A stretch of DNA of 64,000 nt from NCBI GenBank assembly GCA_030390025.1, contig CM059431.1, forward strand, positions 96,164,001 to 96,228,000, written 5' to 3'. The notes under the pieces are model-generated. The model saw nothing but the letters and a program-made list of their open reading frames with translations, was not told where the DNA came from and did not search any database. This document shows positions 1 to 12,789 of this stretch, piece after piece (within the stretch, counting starts at the first letter, position 1; each line of letters starts with the position of its first letter). The DNA is from Squalus acanthias. Taxonomy: Eukaryota. The position numbers and the translations under genes were made by a program.

Positions 1-186
1 TTACAGCCAATGAAGTACTTTTGAAGTATAGTCACTGTTGTAATGTAGGAAACACGGCAATCAATTTGTGCACAGCAATCTCCCACAAACAGCAATGTGA
101 TAATGACCAGATAATCTGTTTCTTTAGTGATGTTGATTGAGGGAAGAATATTGGCCAGGACACCAGAGATAACTTCCCTGCTCTTG
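1..186 (-). mobile_element. Deu-domain tRNA-SINE fragment (3' part)
   Basis: Reverse complement matches the 3' half of the full SINE at 52376-52815 (gaagagcaggggagt...aagtacttcattggctgtaa). Confidence 0.8.
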
Positions 187-477
187 TAGATAGGGGGAAA
201 CTTTTTCCTCTAGTGGCGGAGTCCAGAACAAGGGGGCATAAAATTTGAGCTTGATTGTTGATGGGAGATGTCAGGTAGCAATTCTTCACCCAAAGGATAG
301 TGGAAATCTGGAACTCTCTCCCCCAAAAAGCTGTTGAGGTTGTTGTTAGGCAAGGGTATTAAGGGATATGGAACCAAGGTAGGTAAAAGAAGTTAAGATA
401 CAGATCAGCCATGATCCACTTGAATGGCGGAACATCCTCAAGCGGCTGAATGGCCTACTCCTGTTCCTATGTTCCTA
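187..477 (+). mobile_element. CR1 LINE 3' end
   Basis: Encodes FPLVAESRT...FFTQR..WNSLP remnants; 3'UTR gaatggcctactcctgttcctatgttc. Confidence 0.85.
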
Positions 478-659
478 AAAAGATGTAGAAATTCAGATGT
501 GCTGCAACTGTGGGAACATAGTATTGTTTCTTGCTATGAAAAATGCATAATATCAAGTGAGATACAAGAATTATGCTAAGTTATGGTTAGTACTAGAGAA
601 GAAAGTAGTACCAGAGGCGGAAGTAGCACCATATTAGTAATGAGCAGACTAAGAAAAAC

Positions 660-2750
660 TCAAAAATGGGTTTAGAATGCATGTACGTAAATGCACAAAG
701 TGTGGTGAATAAGGTTGGTGAGCTACAAGCACAATTAGCCATGTGGCAATATGATGTTGTGGCAATAACGGAAACATGACTTAAAAAAGGTGAGGACTGG
801 GCACTTAATATTCAAGGGTACAAGGGATTCAGAAAAGATAGGGAAGGAAAAAAGGGAGGTGGGGTGGCAGTGCTGATTAAGGAAGACATTGTAGTGTTGG
901 AAAGGGAGGATGTTCCAAGGACAGAATCCATTTGGTTAGAGTTCAGGAGCAAAAAGGGTATGATCATGCTATTGGGGGTATTCTACAGGCCTCCAAATAG
1001 TGAGAGGGAGGTAGAGGAGCAAATCTGCAGGGAAATTGGTGATATTGGCCCAATTAGGAAGGAGGCATTGCTGGATCTGGTGCTGGGGAATGAGGTGGGC
1101 CAGGTCGACCAAGTGTCTGTGGGAGAACACTTGGGTACAAGTAATCATCGTTTCATAAGATTTAGATTAGCAATGGAGAGGAGAAAGGAACAATCTAGAG
1201 TGGAACTTCTAAACTGGAATAGGGCTAACTTCAATGGGATGCGAAAGGATCTAGCCAGGGTAAAATGGAACCAAAAACTGACAGGAAAAACTGTAACAGA
1301 ACAATGGGAGATCTTTAAGGAGGAGATGTTCCAAGTATAGGCTAGGTACATTCCAACAAGAGGGAAGGGTAATGGAACCAAAACAAGGGCTCCTTGGATG
1401 ACGAGATAGAGATGACGATGAAACAAAAAAAGAGGGTGTATGATGCATGTCAGGTGAATTCTTCAAGGGAGAACCAGACCAAATACAATAAGTTGAGAGG
1501 GGAAGTGAAGATGAAAAGAAGATTGGCAAAGAGAGAATATGAGAGTAGAATGGTGGTTAACATAAAAGGGAAACCAAAAATCTTCTACCGGCATGTAAAT
1601 AGTGAGCAGGTAGTAAGAGGTGGGGTGGGGCCTATTTGGGACAAAGAAGGTGATATATGCTTAGAGGCGTAGGGCAAGGATAGAATACTCAATGAGTACT
1701 TTGTATCGGTGTTTACTAAGGAGGTGGATGCTGACAAAATATCAGTAGAAGTGGAAAAGGTAGAAGCAATGGAAGGGGTGAACATTGATAGACAGGATGT
1801 ACGAGAAAGGCTGGGTATGCTTAGAGTGGATAAGTCACCTGGTCCAGATGGCTTGCATCCCAGGTTGCTAAGGGAATTGGGGGAGGAGATAGCGGAAGGA
1901 CTTGCTATAATTTTCCAATCTTCGCTAGATGCGGGGAAGGTGCCTGAGGATTGGAAAGTGGCAAATGTGAAACCATTGTTCAAGAAAGGGTGTAAGGACA
2001 ATCCTAGTAACTACAGGTCGGTCAGTTTAACATCAGTGGTGGGTAAAGTTTTAGAAACAATAATCAAGGAAACAATTAACAGGCACTTGGAGAGATTTAA
2101 GCTAATTAAGGAGAGCCAACACGGATTTGTAAAAGGCAGATCGTGTTTGACTAATCTAATTGAATTTTTGATGAAGTAACAGGGAGCATTGATGAAGGGA
2201 ATGCAATGGATGTTGTCTACATGGATTTTCGGAAGGCATTTGACAAAGTACCTCATAGAAGGCTGGTTAACAAAATTGAGGCTCATGGAATAGGTGGGTC
2301 AGTTACAGCTTGGATAAGGAATTGGCTTAAGGACAGAAAACAGCGAGTTGTGGTAAATGGCTGTCTTTCAGACTGGAGGATGGTAGATAGTGGTGTTCCC
2401 CAAGGGTCAGTGCTGGGACCACTGCTTTTTTTGATAAATATAAATGACCTGGATATTGTAATACAGAGTAGAATTTCTAAATTTGCCGATGACACCAAAT
2501 TTGGGGGTGTGGCAAACAGTGATGATGATACCAATCGACTGCAACAGGACATAGAAAGGCTAGCAGAATGGGCAGACAAGTGGCAGCTGGAAGTGTGAGG
2601 TGATGTTTTTTGGCAGAAGGAACAAGGAGAGGCAATATACACTTAATGGCACAGTTTTAAAGAGTGTGCAGGGACAGAGGGACCTGGGAGTTAATGTGCA
2701 GAGGTCCCTGAAGGTGGCGGAACATATTGAGAGAGTGGTTAGCAAAGCTT
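660..2750 (+). mobile_element. Decayed CR1 ORF2 (APE endonuclease + RT), interrupted by an RTE and resuming at ~7046-7080
   Basis: ORF pieces with [36 protein letters not shown] and FADD motifs, broken by stops/frameshifts; after the RTE the sequence resumes with [11 protein letters not shown]. Confidence 0.95.
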
Positions 2751-4392
2751 GCCATTGGACCAAGACCTTGCTCTGTCAAGCCCATGTGTTAGCTGGTGTG
2801 CAACGGCCACCCCACGTTAAAAGAATTCACACACAGGCATCTTGCACCCTTTAAAATTAAGTTCAGGACCTGGAACGTCAGGACCCTCATGGACAACCCC
2901 AACAGTGACAGAACAGAACGCCGTACTGCTATCGTTGCCCGGGAGCTCAGACGTTTCGACATAGACATTGCTGCCCTAAGCGAGACTCGGCGGGCAGGGG
3001 AAGGCCAGCTCAAGGAGCAAGGCGGTGGCTACACCTTCTTCTGGAAAGGCAAAACTGAAGAAAAACGCCGCCTCCATGGGGTAGGCTTCACCATAAAAAA
3101 TGAGCTAGTTGGACATCTCAGAGGCTCCCTTTGCAGAATAAACGAATGCCTCATGACTCTTCGGCTCACCCAAGCCCGGAACCAGTGCGCTAAATTCATC
3201 AGTGCATACGCCCCAACACTGGAATCCACAGACAAGACCAAAGAGGAATTCTACTCCAGCCTCGAACAATCCCTGTCCTGAGTCCCAACGGGCGACAAGC
3301 TGATCCTCCTTGGCGACTTTAACGCCAGAGTTGGAAAGGACACAGATCTCTGGGGAGATGTGATCGGCAGAGAGGGGGTAGGGAAAGCCAACTCCAACGG
3401 TACCCTCCTCCTGACGAAATGCTTAGAACATGGTCTTGTCATAACCAACACCTTATTCCATCAGAGAGACAAGTACAAGGCTTCATGGCGACACCCTCGC
3501 TCCAAGCACTGGCATCTGCTGGACTACATAATCGTCCGAGCGAGCGACCGCAAGGACGTCCACATCGCCCGCGCCATGACAGGAGCTGACGACTGCTGGA
3601 CAGACCACCGTCTAATCCGCTCTGTCATCTCCATCAACGTAGCCCCAAAACAGTAGCGGCAGAAGAAGCAATGCCACAGTAAAATCAACGCTGGAGCACT
3701 CAAAGACCCTGCTAAGAATGCCCTATTCAGCCTGTGCCTCACAACCAACCTGGCAATTCCCAGTGATTCTGAGACACAGAGGGTTGGATTTTGAATCTGG
3801 GGTCGGGTTGGTGTCGGGAATCACACATTCTGGCTTGTGAACCCGCCTCCAACGAGATGTGGCCAACCCACTGTATTTTCCCTTGATTGACCTTGTTGAG
3901 CCCGCCCGGTGGGCTCAGCAGGCCAATTAAGGGCCACCCGGCAACAGGTGACGTCACAGATTGACATTTCATCTGTCAAGAGCTTTTGACAGATGAAATA
4001 TCAGCGTTTGACAGCTCTGTGAAGCTGTCAAACACTCACAATATGATTTCTAACTTCAGTCCTTCCTCTCAGGCTGAGTTAGAAATCATTCCAGCACAGA
4101 AAACAGAAGGCTGCAGTTTTTGACAGAACCACGGCTTTCCTGCTTTCTGTGCCGGTGAGATTTCTAACTCCCGAGAACTGAAGGGCTGACACCTGCAGGA
4201 GGAAGTTAAGGTAAGTAAAACTTTTTCCAACACTTAGCACTTACCTTACACACTTACCTCTGCACACATGCACCCATCACTCACCTGCCCATCAGACATA
4301 TCGACCCCTCCAACCCCTGCAGACCCACGGCCCGCCCCGATAACTTGGCGTGGCTGCCACCTGTCGGGAAGCCCACACTTTTCTTTTTAAAA

Positions 4393-4554
4393 GTGAGAAG
4401 TCGCACAACACCAGGTTATAGTCCAACAGTTTTATTTGAAATCACAAGCTTTCGGAGCGGCTGCTCCTTCGTCAGGTGAAGTAAAGGAATACAAATCGAC
4501 AAAGCATATTTGTCCTTTTGTCCACCCCAGTCCAACACCGGCATCTCCGCATCA
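4393..4554. mobile_element. 162-bp non-coding retro-insertion (Penelope-terminus-like) carrying a hammerhead motif
   Basis: Exact 14-bp TSD ttttctttttaaaa (4379-4392 / 4555-4568); contains an HHR core on the minus strand. The Penelope assignment is inference. Confidence 0.8.
4442..4479 (-). ncRNA. Minimal type-I hammerhead ribozyme motif
   Basis: Minus strand reads UCAC-CUGACGA-A-GGAGC(AGCC)GCUCC-GAAA-GCUU-GUGA: intact core, 5-bp helix II, palindromic AGCU helix III, 4-bp helix I. Confidence 0.8.
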
Positions 4555-7149
4555 TTTTCTTTTTAAAATAGGGATTATGCAAAAAACTGCCTGTTACTAA
4601 TCCCTTCCTGCCTCGGGGAGTCGGGTTCCAGCACGTCGGGTACCCGCCGCCAGAGAAACTGGCATGGAGGCGGGTTGGGGTCGGGACCCCCGAATCTGCA
4701 ACTTTAACCCCCCCCCGCCTCCAAAGGGCATTGAAAATCCAGCCCAGAGTGTCCACAGCGCCTGGTCTGCACTCAAGGCCTCCATAATCAGCACCTGTGA
4801 AGAGACGCTCGGTCACTCGACCAGGAAACACCAAGACTGGTTCGACGAGAACGACCAGGAGATCCAGGAGCTAATAAGCTGCAAGCACAAGACATTCCTG
4901 ATCTGGAAACAGCAACAGAACTCGAGAGCAAGAAAGCAGCTCTACAGACACCTGAAGGCCGAGTTCCAACAAAAATCTCGTGACCTAAAGAATAGATGGT
5001 GGGTGGAGAAAGCGCAGGAGATCCAGCAGCTAGCCGACAACCACGACGTGCGTGGATACTTTAGAGCAGTCAAGACCACCTACGGCCCAAGGTCCTACCC
5101 CATTGCGGGCCAAGAACGGAGAGGTACTCATCAAGGACAGAGAGGCAGTTAGTGCCCGCTGGAAGGTGCACTTCGAAGATCTCCTTAACCGAGACTCTGT
5201 CTTCGATGTGAGTGCCCTCAACTCCATCCCGCAGCATGCTGCCCGCCACCACCTCCGCACAACCCCAGCCCGGCATGAGGTTGAAAAGAGCATCTGACAA
5301 CTGAAGAACAACAAGGCCTCAGGAGCAGATGGATTCCCTGCCGAGGTGCTAAAGCATGGTGGCGAAGCACTATTGGCGTGAATACATGAACTCATTGCTC
5401 TTATCTGGAAGGAGGAGAGCATGCCAGGTGATCTCAGAGATGCTGTAATCGTGACCATCTTCAAGAAAGGTGACAAGTCCAATTGCGGTAATTAAAGAGG
5501 AGTTCCCCTGCTGTCTGCCACAGAGAAAGTCATCGCAAGAATCCTCCTCAATCGCCTTCTCCCAGTGGTAGAAGAGCTCCTCCCATAGTCGCAATGCGGA
5601 TTCCGCCCACTAAGGGGCACAATGGACATGATCTTCACCGCGCGTCAATTACAAGAGAAATGCAGGGAACAGCACCAACCGTTGTACATGGCCTTCTTTG
5701 ACCTCACAAAGGCCTTCGACATTGTCAACCGTGAGGGATTATGAGTGTCCTCCTCAAATTCGGCTGCCTCAAAAGTTTGTCACCATCCTCTGCCTGCTTT
5801 ACGACAACATGCAAGCCGTGATCCTGACCAATGGATCCACCACAGACCCCATTCACGTATGGACCTTGGTCAAGCAAGGCTGTGTCATCGCAGCAATGCT
5901 CTTCTCGATCTTTCTTGCTGCAATGCTCCATCTCACCCTCAGTAAGCTGGAATGGAGCTAATCTACAGAACAAACGGGAAACTGTTCAACCTCCGTCGCC
6001 TGCAGTCCACATCCAAGGTCGTCCCATCCTCTGTCGTTGAATTACAGTACGCAGACGATGCTTGGGTCTGCGCACACTCGGAGGTCGAGCTCCAAACCAT
6101 CGTTAACAGCTTCACCGAAGCATATGAGTGCATGGGCCTTACACTAAACATCCGTAAAACAAAGGTCCTCTACCAACCTGCCCCCGCCACACAGTACTGC
6201 TCCCCGATTATCAAAATCCATGACGAGGCCTTGGACAAGGTGGACCACTTTCCATACCTTGGGAGCCTACTGTCGACAAGGGCAGACGTCGATGACAAAG
6301 TCCAACACTGCCTTCAGTGTGCCAGTTCAGCCTTCGGTCGCCTGAGGAAGAGAGTGTTTGAAGGCCAGGACCTCAAACCCAGCACCAAGCTCATGGTCTA
6401 CAGAGCAGTAGTGATACCCGCCCTCCTGTATGCTTCAGAGGCATGGATCATGTACAGCAGGCACCTCAAATCACTGGAGAGGTACCACCAACGCTGCCTC
6501 CGCAAGAGCCTGCAAATCCATTGGCAGGATAGGCGCACCAACGTCAGTGTTCTCGGCAGGCCAACATCTCCAGCATCAAAGCTTTGACCACGCTCGATCA
6601 GCTCCGATGGACGGGCCACATTGTCCGCATGCCCAATACAAGACTCCCAAAGCAAGCACTCTACTCAGAGCTCCAACACGGCAAGAGAGCCAGGTGGGCA
6701 GAGGAAACGTTTCAAGGACACCCTCAAAGCCTCCTTGAAAAAGAGCAACATCCCCACCGACACCTGGGAATCCCTGGCCCAAGACCACACAAAGTGGAGG
6801 AGAAGCATCTGGGAAGGAGCCGAACACCTTGAGTCTCTTCACCGGGAGCAAGCGGAAGCCAAGTGCAAGCAGCGGAAGGAGCGCACGTCAACCCAAGAAC
6901 CCCACCCACCCGCCCCTTCAACCATCATCTGCCCCACCTGTGACAGAGATTGTAGGTCCCGCATTGGACTCATCAGTCACCTGAGAACTCATTTTTAATG
7001 TGGGAGCAAGTCATCCTCGGTTCCGAGGGACTGCCTAAGAAGAAGATAAAGCTCTGGTTAGACCCCATTTAGAATACTGCAATCAGGTCCTATCCCACCA
7101 GATTAAGGCCCACCTGCAATTCCTTCTCTACCCACTCCCGCATCATTAC

Positions 7150-9422
7150 CTTGAGTCCCTCAAGGATCTATCCTTGGCCCCCTCCTATTTCTCATCTACA
7201 TATAGCCCCTCGGCGATATCATCCGAAAACACATCAGGGTCCACACATACATTGACAACATCCAGCTCTACCTCACCGAGTTGCTAAACTGCTCCACTGC
7301 CTCTGATTTGTCACGCTGCTTGTACGACATCCAGTATTAGATGAGCAGAAATTTCCTCCAACTAAATACTGGGAAGACCTAAGCCATCGTCTTCAGTCCC
7401 CGCCACTAACTCTGTTCCCTAGCAACCGACCTCATCCTTCTCCTTGGTCACTGTCTAATGCTGAACCAGACCATTCACAACCTCTGCATCATATTTGACC
7501 CTGAGCTGAGCTTCCAAGCCCAAATCCTCTCCATCACCAAGATCGCCGACTTCCACCTTCATAACATCGCCCGTCTCCGCCCCTGCCTCACCTCATCTGC
7601 TGCAGAAACTCTCATCCATGCCATTGGCCCCCTCCTATTTCTCATCTACATACTGCCCCTCGGCGACATCATCTGAAAACACAGCATCAGTTTCCACATG
7701 TACACTGATGACACCCAGCTCTACCTCACCACCACCTCTCTCGACCCCTCCACTCTTCTTCTTCTTCTTAGGCAGTCCCTCAGAACCAAGGATGACTTGC
7801 TTCCACATTAAAAATGAGTTCTCAGGTGACTGATGAGTCCAATGCGGGACCTACAGTCTCTGTCACAGGTGGGGCAGACGGTGGCTGAAGGGGCGGGTGG
7901 GTGGGGTGCTTGGGTTGACGTGCGCTCCTTGCGCTTGGCTTCTGCTTGCTTCCGGCGAAGAGACTCGAGGTGTTCAGCGCCTTCTCAGATGCTTCTCCTC
8001 CACTTTGTGCGGTCTTGGGCCAGGGATTCCCAGGTGTCAGTGGGGATGTTGCACTTTTCCAAGGAGGCTTTGAGGGTGTCCTTGAAGCGCTTCCTCTGCC
8101 CACCTGGGGCTCTCTTTCCGTGTCAGAGCTCCGAGTAGAGCGCTTGTTTTGGGAGTCTCGTATCGGGCATGCGGACAATGTGACCCGTCCATCGGAGCTG
8201 ATCGAGCATGGTCAAAGCTTCGATGCTGGGGATGTTGGCCTGAGTGAGAACACTGACGTTGGTGCACCTAACCTGCCAATGGATTTGCAGGATCTTGCGG
8301 AGGCAGCGTTGGCGGTACCTTTCCAGTGCTTTGAGGTGCCTGCTGTACATGGTCCATGTCTCTGAGGCATACAGCAGGGCGGGTATCACTGCTGCTCTGT
8401 AGACCATGAGCTTAGTGCTGGGTTTGAGGCCCTGGTTTTCAAACACTCTCTTCCTCAGGCGACCAAAGGCTGCACTGGCACACTGAAGGCGGTGTTGGAT
8501 TCCGTCATCGACATCTGCCCTTGTTGACAGTAGTCTCCACTATCTCTAAATTGTCTAACTGCTTCTCCGACATCCCGTACTGGATGAGCAGAAATTTCCT
8601 CAAACTAAATATTGGGAAGACCAAATTCTTCGGTCCCCACCACAAATTCTGTTCCCTAGCCACCGACTCCATCCGTCTCCCTGGCAACTATCTGATGCTA
8701 AACCAGACTGTTCACACCTCGGTGTCGTATTTGACCCCGAGATGAACTTCCGACCACATACCCGCATCATCACTAAGACCGCCTATTTCCACTTCTGTAA
8801 CATCGCCCGACTCTGCTCTGCCTCAGCTCATCTGCTGCTGAAACCCTCATCCATGCCTCTAAACTTGACTATTCGAACGCATTCCTGGCCAGCCTCCCAC
8901 CTTTGCACTCTCCTTAAACCCGAGCTTACCCAAAGTTCTACTACCCATATCCTAACTCGTACCAAGTCCCGTCCACACATCACTCCTGTGCTCACTGACC
9001 TACAATGACTCCTGGTTAAGCAACGCCTCAATTTTAAAATTCTCATCTTGTTTTCAAATCTTTCCATGGCCTCACCCCATCCTATCTCTGTAACCCCTTA
9101 CAGCCCTCCGAGATCTCTGTGCACCTCCAATTCTGTCCTCTTGCGCATCCCTGATTAATTGCTCCACCATTGGTTGACAGGGGTCATGACATGACAACTA
9201 TCAGCTGTCGAGGCCGATGCTCTGAAATTCCCGCTGTAAATCTCTCTCCTCCTTTACGACACTCCTTAAAACCTACCTCTTTGTCCAAGCTTTTGGTCAC
9301 CTGTCCTAATATCTCCTTATGTGGCTCGGTTTCAAATTTTTTTGATCACGCTCCTGTGAAGCACCTTGGGACATTTTACTACATTAAAGGCGCTTTATAA
9401 ATGCAAGTTGTTGTTGTTGTTG
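7150..9422 (+). mobile_element. L2-clade LINE 3' portion (two tandem partial copies, split by an RTE)
   Basis: LGPLLFLIYILPLGDII and YxDDTQLY remnants; tail aaggcgctttataaatgcaag(ttg)n. Confidence 0.88.
7755..8534 (-). mobile_element. 5'-truncated RTE LINE
   Basis: Highly similar to the 3' part of the RTE at 2751-7045; (AAG)n tail; 7-bp TSD ctccact (7748-7754 / 8535-8541). Confidence 0.93.
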
Positions 9423-10634
9423 AGATGGCCTGGCACTACTTTCCTGCATGGACTTTATCATAATCATTAAATAACAAGGTTGTTAGGTTTTTCAAATGCA
9501 ATTTAATGTACTTGGAATACCAGTTTGGCTCATTTGGTAGTTAGTGGTCCAATTACATCCTTCCATTCTTTGAACAGCAGTCTGGCCCTTAACTCTTTGA
9601 TGGCATGGCCATGAATAGCACTACTGGGCATGAACCCAGAGTCTTACCTGAGTTGTATGGGTGTACTAGCACACTGATATCCTCACCTTTAATATATTTT
9701 CACTCTATTGCACCCTGATCCAGTTACTCTCATGTCCCCCACTTGGTGCCCAAGTCCGGTACAGTGGCAGACACATTGACAAGCCTATTATGTATTGAGC
9801 TAACTGCTGTGTTATATTCAGAACACTCTGTTGTCTATCTTTCATCTCTACTTTTCCTTCAAACAGCTGGACAGATGTATTTTTTCATATGATGACAATG
9901 AAGATCAGGAACTCAATGCTTAGGAAATTATTGGCTCAGATGTACATCCATCTCCATGGCACAATGCCAATGTATTTCTCCACCACACAGATCACACTCT
10001 CATTGATATCCTACTATCAACAGTGGTATACTATTCCTTTAAAGTGAAGCTTTTGCTCTCACGTTTGTGAGTTTTATTGTTCAGATTTTAACATTGACAG
10101 CAAGTGTACAGAACAATTTGTTAGAGATTTAATTATGCTTATTCCATTCAATTACCTTTTAATTCAGCAATCACAATGATCAGTGTAATTATACAGATTA
10201 TTTGGTCTTTATACACACTTGGCATTGTGGAAAGCCTTTAGGCAGGAAACTTTAACACAGGCAAGAGAGAAATATTCCAAAAAGAAAAATAAACAGCCAA
10301 CATACTGAGATCGGCTGCTTTTGTGCACTGATAAAGTGTCTTTAATGTATATAAACCATGTCAAAATGTTGATAATCTCCAGACTCCTTGGAATATTAAC
10401 AATTTTTTTTTATTTAAAAAAATATATTTTGCCATAATCTTAGAGTAATTTACTGCTTGAGCTGCAGTGCCTCTGCTCAGCAGTGTAACCTTTGACATTT
10501 AACACCAGCTCCAGCTTTGACTGATTAAGAGTATTTGATATTTAAGTAGATGTGGTCCTTGTTTGCCATTTTTGTCCTATATTCTAGACTAAATATGGCA
10601 AATGCAGCACTTAAAGTATATCTATTATCATGAA

Positions 10635-10800
10635 ATGAAAGCAGAAATGCACAGGAGGTCAACGAGTCACAGGAGGAGAAATGCTCTGCATCTGACTCCT
10701 CAACTGAGCAGTCTTGCTGTAGGATTAGGCCTGAGTCATCAACCTATCACTTTCAGATACTGACTGACCTGTTCATTTCCAGAACTTTCTGTTCTTACTT
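10635..10800. mobile_element. Highly degraded Penelope-terminus fold-back remnant
   Basis: Weak similarity to cagaaaatgctggaaatactcagcagg and its inverse (tgactgacctg...tttccag). Confidence 0.35.
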
Positions 10801-11287
10801 AAGACGAATAATTTGATCCATCCTAATGTACATTTTCCCTTCAGGCATGTGTAGAAAAGGTGCTCAAATAGGCAACACCTGTGGCTATTGGAAAATAACC
10901 AGACTGGGTTTCAGTTTCCCCCACTATTTGTCCATTCAACTGGCTTGATGACAGCTTCCATAAGCACATGGTATGCTTTTCGATCTGAAACCACTCTCGC
11001 TCTCTGCTACAGTGAGTTGGCATTGTTCAGGGCTAACATTTACCCGATTTAGCAGGATCACTGTAAATTGGAAGTTACGTAGGATTCCCACTATGTCTCC
11101 GGTCAATCCGGAAGGTGGAAAATATCAAACACTAGAACCATTTTATTCAGGTTGAAAGAACTTCTCAAATTTATTTACAATTACATGATTTACAGAAATA
11201 TATAGACAGATACAATACAGCACGATTAGTAATTTACAACTCATACAACTAGGACAGTTGTTTAAAAGGACTCGGTTGTTCTCCCGG

Positions 11288-12435
11288 CTCATGGTAATGG
11301 GGGTAATATATTAGCATGGCTTGAGGATTAGTTAATGGACAGAAAACAGAGAGTAGGAATAAACGGGACTCTTTCAGGTTGGCAGGCTGTAACTCGCGGG
11401 GTACCGCAAGGGTCAGTGCTTGGGCCTCAGCTATTCACAATCTACATCAATGATTTACAATCTATATTAATGACTTAGATGAAGGGACTGAGTGTATTGT
11501 ATCCAAGTTTGCTGATGATACAAAGTTAGGTGGGAAAGTAAGCTGTGAGGTGGATGCAAAGTGGTTGCAGAGAGATATAGACAGGTTGACTGAGTGGGCA
11601 AAAACATGGCAAATGGAATACAATGTGGGAAGTGGGAAGTTATCCACTTTGGTAGGAAAAACAAAAAAAGCAGAATATTTTTTGAATGGTGAAATACTGG
11701 GAAATGTTTGCACTCAGAGGGACCTGGGTGTCCTTGTACATGAATCACAGAAAGTTAACATGTAGGTACAGCAAGCAATTAGGAAAGCAAATTGTATTTT
11801 GTTACAAAGGGATTAGAGTAGAAGAGTAAAGAAGTCTTACTACAATTATATAGGACGTTGGTGAGGCCACACCTGGAGTACTGTGTACAGTTCTGGTCTC
11901 CTTACCGAAGGAAAGACATACTTGCCTTAGAGGGAGTGCAGTGTAGGTTCAAAGGACTGGTTCCTGGGATGAGGGGATTGCCCTGTGAGGAGAGATTGAG
12001 TAGACTAGGTCTATATTCCTTAGAGTTTAGAAGAATGAGAGGTGATCTAATTGAAACATATAAAATTCTTAAGGGGCTTGACAGGGTTAGTGCTGGGAAA
12101 ATGTTTCCCCTGGCTGGGGAATCTAGAACACGGGGTCACAGTCACAGAATAAGGGGTCGGCCATTTAGGACTGAGATGAGGAGAAATTTCTTCACTGAAA
12201 GGGTTGTGAATCTTTGGAATTCTCTACCCCAGACAGCTGTGGCTGCTCAGTCATTGAATATATTCTAGACAGTGGTCGATAAATTTTAGGGAACGAAGGA
12301 AATTAAGGGATATGGGAATAGTGCGGGAAGGTGGAGTTGAGGTAAAAGATCAGCCATGATCTTGTTGAATGGCAGAGCAGGCTTGAAGGACCAAATGACT
12401 TCCCCCAGCTCCTATTTCTTATGTTCTTATGTTCT
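11288..12435 (+). mobile_element. 5'-truncated CR1 LINE
   Basis: RT FADD through LVRPHLEYC and RNFFTERV; tail (ttcttatg)n. Confidence 0.95.
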
Positions 12436-12509
12436 GGGAAACTCTTGGAATGACACAATCTCTGGTTACAACACATAAGTCACAGAGTAAAATCCACCCA
12501 ATTATGTAC

Positions 12510-12601
12510 CAGCACTGTGACAGCACTGAAAGATTCTTGTGTTTTTCATGTTTAATTTCTTTGAGGCGAGGGCAGTTGGTTTGAAATAACACAAGTAGAA
12601 C
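12510..12601 (-). CDS. Candidate exon (92 nt) of an unidentified minus-strand gene
   Basis: Acceptor gttttgacttttaag|, donor |gtacat; open in two frames; lies in a non-repeat island. Confidence 0.33.
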
Positions 12602-12789
12602 CTTAAAAGTCAAAACGCCTTATTAGATAATGTGACCAAAATATGGGCCTAGAAATTCGGGTGCACCAACATTTGAGTACGCAGGGGCACAAGATGTTTG
12701 ACCAGTGCCTGATTGGTGAGGTCCGAGGCGAACCGGACATTGGGCTTCATTATAATGAAGCCTGTGACAGCCGGTGAAGAGGAGGGCAA

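Larger units (their letters stand above)
3781..4745. mobile_element. Non-autonomous DNA transposon (PIF/Harbinger-like MITE)
   Basis: TIRs gggttggatttt / aaaatccagccc (11/12) and AGA TSD; excision restores the RTE frame (SDSETQ|SVHSAW). Confidence 0.88.
2751..7045 (+). mobile_element. Near full-length RTE-clade (BovB-like) LINE, disabled, split by a MITE at 3781-4745
   Basis: TWNVRTL/ALSETR endonuclease, YADD RT, C-terminal CPTC..H...H zinc finger, short 3'UTR ending (AAG)3. Confidence 0.95.

Noticed and set aside
9648..9686. Possible further exon with a strong gtaaga donor
   Set aside because: The acceptor is purine-rich and weak, and longer versions contain stops in all frames.
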